From Eledone cirrhosa (lineage: Eukaryota): a stretch of DNA of 64,000 bases. A model generated the notes under the pieces. The model saw only the letters and a list, made by a program, of their open reading frames with translations. It searched no databases and was not told the origin of the DNA. The stretch lies in the NCBI GenBank assembly GCA_964016885.1, contig OZ024741.1, forward strand, positions 193,626,001 through 193,690,000. The letters run 5' to 3'. Below, in pieces: positions 48,660 through 59,543 of the stretch; the stretch's first letter is position 1, and each line of letters opens with the position of its first letter. The translations under genes and the position numbers were made by a program.

Positions 48660-48925
48660 GATGTCGCGGGAAATGTGAGGGTCACTGATTCCGTTGGCGA
48701 ACGGAATAAAATCCGAAAATACCTGGAACTATCAAACAGCTATTTTTTCCAGCCTGTGACGTTCGAAACGTTTGGTGGAGTTGGAATTTCTTGTCATCAT
48801 TGGTGGCTCATCTTAACGAGGTATCAAGTAATGCCCGTTAGGGTGCCTGGTTGTTTCAGCACCTTAGCCTCGCCATCGCCCGCGGTAATGCTGCGAGCGT
48901 GTTGGCTTGCCTCAACAAATTGACC
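48660..48925 (+). mobile_element. CRE-like non-LTR retrotransposon endonuclease C-terminal fragment
   Basis: ERNKIRKY..YFFQPVTFETFGGVG and, in a shifted frame, WLFQHLSLAIARGNAASVL. Confidence 0.65.
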
Positions 48926-49127
48926 CTTGTATTGACCCTTGTATTATGCCAATTGTCACACTTGGTGGTGAATTGATGGACGTTTTTGTTTAGTTTTTTC
49001 TTTCTTTCTCTCGCTTTCATCCTATATTTTGGTGCGTCATATTTGTGAGGTACCTAGCAATAATTAATTGTATTTGCTAAATACTGTAAGATTGCTTTAT
49101 CCGATGCTCTACCTATTCTTCCAATGA

Positions 49128-49580
49128 TTATTTCTAATTTAGGCACAATGCCAGCAAATTTAGGAAAGGACAAAGTTGATTACATCAATCCCAGTACTTT
49201 ACCGGTACTTTATATTATAGATCCTGTAAGGATGAAAGGTAAAGTTGCCCTTGGCAGGATTAGAACTCAGAGAGCCAGAACAAATACCTCAGAGTTGATT
49301 ACATTGATCCCAGTTTTTGGTGGTTCTTTATAGACCCAGGAAGGGTGAAAGTTGACCTCGGTGGGATTTGAGCTTAAAAAATACTGAGCAAAAGCAAATA
49401 TCGAAATAATTGTTTCTACTTTAGGCACAAGGCCAGCAATTACCCAGTACATTACTGGTACTTTATTTTATCGACCCCGTAAGGATGAAAGGCAAAGTTA
49501 ACCTCAGTGGGATTTGAACTCAGACTGTAAAGGGACGTAACTATGCTGGAAGCATGGCGTCCGACTCTCTACCGATATCA
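49128..49580 (-). mobile_element. Family A SINE cluster; best-preserved copy 49408-49580 with TSD
   Basis: Direct repeat caaatatcgaaataat near 49395 and 49592. Confidence 0.82.
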
Positions 49581-49633
49581 AAATAATAATACAAATATCG
49601 AAATAATAATAGTAATAAGTGACTGTTTCTTGC

Positions 49634-49851
49634 CTTGGTGTATTATGTGGTGCCTGAATAGCGATCTTGGATAATACGTCCACGAGTTCCTGAAGACTGC
49701 TTTTTGAATCCTTACTGATCAAATCTTCCTCTTCGGGTTCTTCCTCATCATCACTTGTGTACAATTTAATATCTACTTTTTTTTCAATGGACACAGTACT
49801 TTGAGGATTTGAAGTGGCCAAAACTTCTTTAGAATTGTCTGTTGATGACAT
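49634..49851 (-). CDS. DRC7: DRC7 probable first coding exon
   Basis: MSSTDNSK..acidic tract..SLQELVDVLSKIAI resembles the DRC7 acidic N-terminus and TLRDLEKKLSEIQI; in frame with exon 2 via a GC donor after 49634 or a GT donor after 49624. Confidence 0.7.
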
Positions 49852-49999
49852 ACTGACTTAGAAGAATCAATCTGTCTTCACCTTTATGGTATGTGTGTGC
49901 ACAAGTGTATGTATTTATGTATTTATATATATAAACATATGTAATAGAAACAATTTGTATAAGATTGTCTGAACAAGAAAAAGCGTCGACCTGGTGTGC

Positions 50000-50012
50000 G
50001 TTGCTAAGCAAC
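50000..50012. promoter_or_regulatory. RFX X-box-like motif upstream of DRC7
   Basis: GTTGCTAAGCAAC, near-palindromic, 149 bp upstream of the putative ATG of a ciliary gene. Confidence 0.7.
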
Positions 50013-51374
50013 TATAGTTGCATGTAATGTGTTCTATTAGAACAACTATACAAACTGCTATTCTGTTATTCTTGGGATTAAAGGGAGATAACGCACACGA
50101 TAATAACACACTGGTCTCGAGTAATTCTGGTTTTTAAAAAATCAACGGAGGCAACCTAAAAAAAATGATCGATTTTCTCCCCTACCTATTCCCTCCCCGC
50201 TATTATTTGGGACCTCTGAGTACATAATAATAAATAAACAGGGAAGCTTCTATGCCGCTGGTTGATCTGTTTGAAATAGCTACCAAAACTACTTCAAACA
50301 ACACCAGGAAGAAGGCATTAGATAATGTAATCCTAGATATACTATACTTCAAAAACCATGGAATGGTCACGTTTGGAATACTTTTCATCACAAATCTGCC
50401 CAGTCAATGTTGACCTGCAGCTAAACAACATCGACTGTTTATTTTCGATGGAAACCCTACGCGATCACTCAACATGCTAAAAATAGCAGCCATATCTCCC
50501 TCGAATCACACCCTGCAATCTAAAAACGGTAAAGCTTAGGACGTGTTGTAGTTCCTGATATACAAAAAAAAAAAAAAAGACTGGATGTTTACAGTTGGAA
50601 TAAATTTGATCAAGTTTGCTCGATTAGGATTGATCCCTGGCTAAACAAAAATAAGGATAAAACAATAAAATTATTGTTGTTATTGCTGTTAATGTTATTG
50701 TTGTTTATGTTTTTTAGGCATCCGATCGTGTCCGACTTGTCTTATTTTCAGGCATAGTGTAAAATGTATATAGGACTGAACTAACCAATGTATCCTTTCT
50801 TTTCGTGCGCTGTTAGGGAGTTCAGCTGCTATTTCTAGTAGAGTGAGAAATTATGTAAAGTCTCCTTAGATTTTTTGAGATAGCCAAAGCAGAGGCAGAC
50901 ACAGCAGATAGTTTTCCTCTTCAACACTTAAGATGGATTTAGAGCATGTCAGTCGTTCTTCTTTTACATTTATTTGTAGTGGTGACCTCCGACAGATCTA
51001 CCAATTTGTGTATCTGGCAACACAAATATATAATAGAATTGTTTATAGTATATGCTATAGGCCCCATACTATCTTTATTCAACATTAGTTCTGTCTGAAA
51101 CGTTAGACTTCTCTTCCTCCTTTGGAAATAAAATATATTCCACTATTTGAAGTTATAAGTAAGTTCCCTTGACAAAGCCTACATAACTCTAGACATTGCA
51201 GGAGTAAGCTGGGGTAGGGGTCATAAAAAATGATGTGGATGCAGTAGAGAGGCATTTATATAGTTGTGGCTTAAGATGAATGACTGTTGTATGCCACTTG
51301 TATACAGACAGGGGCTTGATTAAGCTTGGTTGGGTCCCCTGGGTGAGAGTGACTACGTTGTAAGACCCAAAACA

Positions 51375-51791
51375 CCCAGTGACTATCACCACCAGAACAT
51401 CAACAGCAACCATTATCATCAACTTTACCAACACCACCAACAACAACACCAACACAACTACGGTGAACTCTACCATCACTACCACAACCACCATATCAAC
51501 TATCATCATCACTACCAACACCACGTCCACCACCACCACCACAATCACGATCATTACCACTACAACCACCACGACTACCATCACCACAACCAAAATCACC
51601 ACTAACACTACCTTCCACTATCTACATTACCAGTACCATCACCACCCCCACCTCACCTAACACCACAGCCATCATCATTACCAACACCACCCCCACTCTG
51701 TAGTTAAATTAAGCCTATTCTGGTTCCAACATCCCTCCATATCATATCTGTCAGATTGTCATTAACATCTCAACATACCTGCTGCTGGTGG

Positions 51792-51822
<31 letters not shown>

Positions 51823-52860
51823 AGTGGTGGTGGTGTTGTTGTTGTTGTTGTCGGTCGTGGTGGTGGTGTTGCTGTTGGTGGTGGTGGTAGTAGTGGTGGT
51901 GTTGTGGTTGTTGTTGTTGTCGGTGGTGGTAGTGGTGGTGGTGGTGGTGGTAGTAGTGGTGGTGTTGTTGTTGTTGGTGGTGGTGGTGGTGGTGGTAGTG
52001 GTGGTGTTGTGGTTGTTGTTGTTGGTGGAGGTGTTGAGGTTGTTGTTGTTGGTGGTGGTGGTGGTGGTAGTGGTGGTGGTGTTGTGGTTGTTGTTGTTGG
52101 TGGTGGTGGTAGTAGTGGTGGTGTTGTGGTTGTTGTCGGTGGTGGTGTTGTGGTTGTTGTTGTTGTTGTTGTTGGTGGTGGTGGTGTTGGTGGTGTTGTG
52201 CTTGTTGGTGGTAGTGGTGGTAGTGTTGTGGTTGTTGTTGTTGGTGGTGGTAGTGGTGGTAGTGTTGTGGTTGTTGTTGTTGTTGCTGATCGTGATGGTA
52301 GTGGTATTGGTGTTGCTGTTGCTGTTGTTACTGATGGTGGTGGTAGTGCTGGTGGTGTTGGTGTTGGTGTTGGTGTTGGTGTTGTTGATGATGGTGGTGG
52401 TAGTGCTGGTGGTGTTGGTGTTGGTGTTGGTGTTGGTGTTGTTGATGATGGTGGTGGTAGTGCTGGTGGTGTTGGTGTTGGTGTTGATGTTGTTGATGAT
52501 GGTGGTGGTAGTGGTGGTGGTGGTGGTGGTGGTGTTGTTATTGTTATTGATGGTGGTGATGGTGGTCGTGATGGTGGTGATGGTGATGGTGATGGTGATG
52601 TTGGTGGCAGTGGTTGTAGTGTTGTTGTTGTTGTTGTTGCTAGTGGTGGTGGTGATGTTGGTGGTGGTAGTGGTGATGGTCCTGGTGGTGGTGGTGGTGG
52701 TGATGGTGTGGTGAAACTGGAAGGTGCTTGTCACATTATTGGTGGTGGTGGTGATGGTGATGTGCCTGCACTAGTTGTCAATGCCTTTGTCATCATGATG
52801 CTATAGTTGGTGGTGATGTTAAGGATGGCGTCGGTAGTGGTATTAGTGGTTGTGGTAGCT
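51375..52860. repeat. Long compound trinucleotide low-complexity tract: (ACC/AAC) 51375-51700 then (GGT/GTT) 51785-52860
   Basis: Direct reading; explains the poly-T/N, V/L and G/V ORFs. Confidence 0.95.
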
Positions 52861-53247
52861 AAGTGGTAATGTTATTGCTATACAGCCAAACAGGCAGCTT
52901 ATCAGTCCAGTTAACCTTCACAACACTCACTACTACATGGTGATATGGCTGATTCCCAGTAATATATGGGCTTAACACAAGTAAGCAGTATTATATTCAC
53001 TTTTAACTATATACTGATGAATGTATACATATATATATATATGTATATATATACATATACATATATATATGTGTATATATATATATATAAATGTGTATAT
53101 ATATATATATATATATACACATATATATATATATACACACACACATATATATATATACATATATTTATATAGCAAATATATATGGAGAGATGTAAAATCC
53201 CAAATTATTGTATATCAATTCAAATCTATTAGTAAATATATATATAT

Positions 53248-53695
53248 ATCATCATCAGGTCGAGCTTGCTTGGCTTTCTACGACACGCTTCCCCCATCCA
53301 TCTCTGTCTCTCATAGCGTTTGCCAGTTCTTCCGCAGTGCATCCAGTATCGTCCTCAAGTTGCTTGACGTATGTCTTCTTAGGACGACCAGCGTTTCTTG
53401 CTCCATGAGATGAACTCCATAACAACACATCACCTGCTATTTCTTCCTTGCTGCGCCAACAGTGGCCAGCAAATCTGAGTCTCTGTCCACGTATTGACCT
53501 GCTGATAGGTGGTATATTGCCATAGAGATCCTTATTTGTTGGGTGTTTCCTCCAAGACACGTTTAAAGCAGCGCGGAGCATACGTGTGTATGCCCCGTCT
53601 AGCTTTTTCTCCAGTTTCGACGTTAGCGTCCAAGTGATAGAGCCATAAACAAGCACAGACTCCACAGCAGCTCTGAAGAAATTCCTTTTCAACTG
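53248..53695 (-). mobile_element. RTE 3' fragment with (TGA)n tail, inserted in (TA)n
   Basis: Open 145 aa piece: AVESVLVYGSITWTL..YTRMLR..LRFAGHCWR..GRPKKTY. Confidence 0.88.
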
Positions 53696-53878
53696 CTCTA
53701 ATACAGAGTATTGCTTTCACTTGTATGGAGTAGTGACCGCAAGTATATATCCAGCTATTGAAAGCTAAATATATATATATATATTTACTAATAGATTTGA
53801 ATTGATATACAATATCGTCTCACTGTACCATAACCACTTAATGTAGATTTGGTGAAAAAATACCAAAAACAGAGATCA

Positions 53879-53949
<71 letters not shown>

Positions 53950-53958
<9 letters not shown>

Positions 53959-54037
53959 TAAAATAACAGATTAAAGTTTAAGCAAAGAATCGCTGCTTTT
54001 CTTTGCTTAAACTTTAATCAGTTATTTTAATAAATAT
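53950..54037. repeat. Palindrome, arms about 39 bp, next to a long (TA)n
   Basis: atttattaaaataacagattaaagtttaagcaaagaa / ttctttgcttaaactttaatcagttattttaataaat; a single arm recurs at 15459-15500. Confidence 0.9.
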
Positions 54038-54246
54038 TTGCTCTACGGTTCTTATATATTTTATATATATTTATCCTTATCGAGCACTCTTTGGATTTTA
54101 GTCTTCAAATTTATTATTATTACTATATATATATATATAATCCTTGGCTCTCCTTCCCACATTGTCTGATGTACTGTCTTATGTCTATATGTATGAATGC
54201 CTGTATTTTTATATATAAATATCCTATTTTTCCACCTCTCTTTATG

Positions 54247-54303
<57 letters not shown>

Positions 54304-54401
54304 TATAAGCAAAAAGTAGATTATTTGGCAATTATATATTATCATATATAATTCTCCTTATATAAATTGAGTTACACATTGTTATCCTTAATATATATAT
54401 A

Positions 54402-54800
54402 TCATCACCGTTTTACGTCCATTCGTCCAGGCTAGCATGGGTTAGACAGATTGTCCTGTTGTGGACAATGCCAGGTCAGGTGACCTTGTCTTGCTCATAC
54501 AGAACTGATTTTGGCTTGATATCTACAGCTGGATGCCCTTCCTAACACCAACCTCATTTACAGTGATTACTGGGTGCTTTTTTACCATGACACCTCCACG
54601 ACCACTTTGCAGTGGGAGGGGGTGGGGGCATATTGTATATATGCTTCAGCTTTGGCTTGTTCTCATGGGAAGTCGGGTCTTCTGTATTACTGCATAACAC
54701 CAGAGGTGTCGGTCTTGTGTCATCACCTTTGAGAGGTGCAATTGGGCAAGGTCAGCTTTTATCACCTCATCCCAGGTCTTCTTGGGTCTCCCCATGCTAA
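54402..54800 (-). mobile_element. RTE 3' fragment
   Basis: RTE 3'UTR motifs and RPRKTWD-region similarity. Confidence 0.75.
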
Positions 54801-55077
54801 GGCTTCCATATATATATATAGAGAGAGAATAATTTGAAACTCAACGCAAAGGAAAACTGCCGAAACTGTAAAATATCATCAATGACGACGTTGGGTAAAG
54901 TGTGTTGGTCCAGAGAAGTGGTAGAGAGGAGTAGAGGGAGAAGATGGAAGAATGTAAATGAATGAGACAAAAGAAACGCACAACATTTGATGATGCAATA
55001 AGATGTTGTGTGTTTATTCCATAAGTTTCTAATGCACTCCCGCTTCAACTCGATTTTCTAGACAACACCTTGTTTAT

Positions 55078-55413
55078 ATCATCATCATCATCATCTCATT
55101 TTTACGTCTGCTTTTTCCCTGCTTGTTAAAGTGGGACATGAACTGATTCTGGCTTGATTTCTACAGCTGGATGCCCTTCCTCACACCAACTTCATTTACA
55201 GTGAGTGCTGGGTGCTTTTTTGCCATGGCGCCTCCACGACCACTTTGCAGTGGAATGATATGGACCCCAGTCCTATCATCTCATTTCTACAGCTGAGTAA
55301 ACTGGAGCAATGTGAAATAAAGTGTCTTGCTCAAGGAAACAACACATCACCCGGTCTGAGAATTGAACTCACAACCTTTCGATTGCAAGGCCAATGCTCT
55401 AACCACTAAGCCA
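55078..55413 (-). mobile_element. Full-length SINE family B: tRNA head, central domain, RTE-derived tail
   Basis: Minus: tggcttagtggttagagc (A box)..gagttcaattctc (B box)..ccttgagcaagacactt..gaggaagggcatccagctgtagaaa..(GAT)n. Confidence 0.88.
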
Positions 55414-55583
55414 TATATATACATAATATTTATGAGAGTAAAGAATAGGTTTTACTTGTTTACTAGGTGTATTTTCAGTCAATGCTATGATAGGATCAAG
55501 CAGAGCCAGTATATAATTATAATAATATTGTACTTACAAACTAAAATTGTAAGTACAATTTTAGTTTGTAACATTCTTATAAT

Positions 55584-55684
55584 AATAACAATTGTTTCTT
55601 CTTATAAGAATGTACTTCCAACAACAAGTTATTTTAATCAAGAATTTGCTATTAGTTAGCACAAACCATAGGAATCGTCAGAGT
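55584..55684 (-). ncRNA. Type I hammerhead-like motif in the 3' region of the minus-strand PLE
   Basis: Minus: act-CTGACGA-ttcctat..(long loop)..ataagaa-GAAA-caattg-TT-att; palindromic stem III ACAATTGT; about 245 nt after the PLE stop codon. Confidence 0.6.
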
Positions 55685-55927
55685 TTATTAAAATATCACA
55701 TCTGACACCTTTATATGTTGACCTGCTATGTAATTCGAAAAGTTATATATCTTATCTTTTGTCTTGATATTATATAAATCATTTTTTTATTTTGTCCCCT
55801 GCTCCATTCAAGTACAGAAGGTTATGTGATAACAATAACAGTGGTAATAGTAGTTATAATAGTTCTATTACCAAAATGAACAAGTATGTTACATGTTTGT
55901 GTGTGGATAGTTCTTCACAAATGTTTC

Positions 55928-55990
55928 CTATTGGAATTTATTCAGACGTGGTTTGTATTTTTGAATAAATATATTTTATCTATTTACAAT
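55928..55990 (-). mobile_element. C-terminal end of the minus-strand PLE, separated from its body by an RTE insertion
   Basis: IVNR*NIFIQKYKPRLNKFQ*, parallel to RINKEKLFLNKFKPKLN of the PLE ending at 14451. Confidence 0.7.
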
Positions 55991-58900
55991 GCCAAAGATA
56001 AAGACAAATTCACCTCGTGGACGAGAATGCGAGCACTGCTCTTTGTTTCGGCCGCGGATGGCTAACATAACCCCATCTCCCCCCTCTCCCCCCCTCCAAA
56101 CGAAATCCAAAACTTCAGAGTTGGTACCATAAATGTAGGCACCTTAAAGGGTCGCTCTAACGAGGTTGTAGAAATGCTCGAACGTAAGGAGGTCGATGTT
56201 TGTTGTATTCAAGAGACCAGGTGGAGGGGTGGGTCTGCTAGATTCATTGAGGGTAAAAAACGATGCTATAAGCTTTTCTGGGTGGGAAATGACGATGGGC
56301 TGGGTGGAGTAGGAATCATGGTAGCAGAAAAGTGGGCAGATAAGATAATAGACATAAATAGAGTGAACGACAGAATAATTAAAATAAGACTTGTCCTCAA
56401 TAGAACTACGGTGACAGTAATATCTGCGTACGCACCCCAATCCGGACTGCCCGGCACTATAAAAGACAGATTCTATGAGACACTGATGCTCACTACCTCC
56501 CAAATAACCAACAGTGACTATATAATTATTGCAGGCGACCTAAATGGTCACGTTGGACAACATTGTGACGGCTACGACGAAATCCATGGAGGCTATGGGT
56601 TTGGTACTAGAAATGAGGAAGGCTCCAGAATCCTGGAATTCTGTGACGCAAATAACCTAACTATCTGTAACACTAACTTCAAAAAACGTGACAATCACCT
56701 GATCACCTATAGATCCGGGGAACACACAAGCCAGGTAGATTATATCCTTACCAGAAGACGTGACAGAGTGTCTGTTGTAAACACTAAATCCCTCCCCCAT
56801 GAAGAATGCACCTCCCAACATAGACTGATAATTAGCGACCTAATAGTCAGGACGAGACGTACTAGACAACAGAAGAGGACTATCCTCAGGAGAAAAATAT
56901 GGAATCTAAAGGACCCCACAGCCAGAAATAAATTTAAAAGCATACTACTTGATGCTTTCGACAGTAAGGAAGAGCAATTAGAGTCGTACAATATAGAGGA
57001 GCAGTGGGAATTCCTGAAAGCAAACCTGCTGATGGCGGCAGACGAAGTCTGTGGCTGGAGCAGGCCTGTAGGCAGGAGGAGAGTAACATGGTGGTGGAAC
57101 AGTAAGGTGGGGGGGGTCAATTAAGGCCAAAAAACAGGCTTGGAAAGTATGGCGGGATGGGGGAAGTAGAGAAGACTATCAAGTGGCCAGGAGGGAAGCT
57201 AGGAGACAAGTGTACTTCGCAAAAAGCGAAGCAGAGGAAAGAAAGTTCAAGCATGTTCTACAACGCGAGGACCAAAAACGTGAGGTGTTCAGGATTGCTA
57301 GGCAATGTGTCAAGGAAAACCGTGATATTGTCGGGGAGAAGTGTGTACTTAATGATGACGGCGTACTTGCCATCACCGACGCTGATAAGAAGGTAGCTTG
57401 GAAGTGTCACTATGAAAGGCTACTAAATGAGGAGAATAAATGGGAGAAAGACAGTCTCCCCCACATCGACCCAATAGAGGGACCAGCAGTGTTAGTCGAG
57501 GGTAGTATAATAAGTAAGGCAATCAAGGATATGAAGACGGGTAAGGCAGCTGGGCCTTCGGAAATAGTTGCTGAGATGCTGAAGGCATCTGGCACGGTGG
57601 GACACACCATGGTCACCCGGATAGTTAACCAAGTCGTACAGAATGGGGTTGTTCCGAAGGACTGGCGTAGCAGCATCATCGTTAACTGTTATAAGGGTAA
57701 AGGAGATGCCCTAGATAGGAGTAACTATAGAGGCATTAAATTAATCGACCAGGTCATGAAAGTCACGGAAAAAGTAATAGCGCAACTAATCAGAGAGAGA
57801 ATTGACCTAGATGAAATGCAGTTCGGGTTTGTGTCAAGCAAAAGTACCACAGACGCTCTTTTCATTGTACGACAACTACAGGAGAAGTACCTAGCTAAAA
57901 GTAAACCCCTATACTTAGCTTTTGTCGACTTGGAGAAAGCCTTCGACAGAGTCCCCAGTTCCATTATCTGGTGGGCTCTTAGAAAACTAGGTGTCGACGA
58001 ATGGCTTGTGAGAGCTATACAAGCCATGTATAAAGAAACAGTCAGCAAGGTTAGAATTAACAACGAATATAGTGAAGAGTTTAGCGTAAAAGTTGGCGTC
58101 CATCAGGGCTCTGTTCTCAGCCCCCTACTATTTATTATTGCCCTTCAGGCTATAACAGAGGAGTTCAAGACCGGCTGCCCATGGGAACTCCTATACGCAG
58201 ACGACCTAACACTCATAGCTGAATCAATGGCCGAGCTAGAGAAGAAATTCCAAACATGGAAGCACGGCCTAGAATCAAAAGGCCTTAAAATTAACCTGGC
58301 TAAGACCAAAGTTCTAGTTTGTAGGAAAGAAAATAAGGCGGCGGTCCCTTCCGGGAAGTGGCCATGCTCAGTGTGTAGGAAAGGCGTAGGTAGAAACTCC
58401 ATTTTGTGTCAGAAATGCAAAGTATGGGTGCATAAAAGATGTAGTGGGATCACAGGTAAGCTAACTAAGAACATAGATTTCACATGTGGCCGGTGCTCTG
58501 GTGCAATAAGTAGCAGCAAGTGCCCACAAAATACTAGCTCTTTCAACTGCGCAGAGGGCTCTATAGAAATAGTGGACAGCTTCCGTTACCTGGGTGACAA
58601 AACCAGCAGTGGGGGAGGGTGCTCTGAAAGTACAGTAGCTAGAGTCAGAACTGGATGGAAAAAGTTCAGAGAGCTTATACCACTATTAGCCGCTAAAGGG
58701 TTCTCCCTAAAAATGAAAGGCAGGTTGTATGATGCCTGCATACGAACAGCAATGTTGCATGGCAGTGAGACCTGGGCATTGTGTGCAGAGGATATACGCA
58801 GACTATAGAGGAACGAAGCTTGCATGCTCCGCTGGATGTGTAATAGTAATATACGTGAACGGCAAAGCATAAACAAACTAAGGAAAAAATTAGAAATAAG

Positions 58901-59543
58901 AGGGATCAGATGTTGTTTATTCGAGAGAAGGCTACGTTGGTATGGACACGTGATGCGCAAGAAAGTCGATAACTGTATAACAAAGTGCAGGACAATAAAG
59001 ATAGACGGTAGCCACGGAATAGGCAGACCTAGAAAAACCTGGGACGAGCTGATAAACTCCGACCTCACGCACTTACACCTCTCCAAGACAATGTCACTGG
59101 ACCGAGACCTTTGGCGGTACTCAGTAATAGAGAAGACCCGCCTTACCTAAATACATAGTAAAACCTACTACAGTCAGTAGGCATCTCTAACAAAATACAC
59201 CCCCGTCCCACCATCCCCACCCCATCCACACCGCCCCCTTCTATGTAAAGTTATGTTGGTGCCACACCATCCAGGCCGAAACAAATGAGATCGTGTAGGT
59301 GTCACAACAAAAAAACACACAGTCCACGCTGTAATGTGGCCGTGTAGGCAACACGGTAAAAACCTCCCAGACCCACACTGTAAATGTGGTTGGTGTTAGG
59401 AAGGGCATCCAACTGTAGAAAACCTGCCAGACAGTCCCATGTGAGCAAGACAATCACTCTTGCCTCAAGTGGGAAAACCCCCGTCCAAACCTATGCAAGC
59501 TTGGAACACGGACGTTAAACGTTGATGATGATGATGATGATGA
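55991..59543 (+). mobile_element. Nearly intact full-length RTE LINE (APE endonuclease, RT, Cys/His finger)
   Basis: APE 56113-57124 (GTINVGTL, CIQET, SAYAPQ, GDLNGH, VDYIL, SQHR); RT 57183-58808 (FVDLEKAFD, QGSVLSP, YADD); one frameshift in a G-run near 57110, one TAG at 58806; (GAT)n tail. Confidence 0.96.

Noticed and set aside
51751-52806. ORFs of 300-327 aa (poly-Thr/Asn, Val/Leu, Gly/Val)
   Set aside because: Products of trinucleotide low complexity, open in several frames on both strands
55340-55413. tRNA gene
   Set aside because: tRNA-like head continues into a SINE body and RTE tail; no clean acceptor stem
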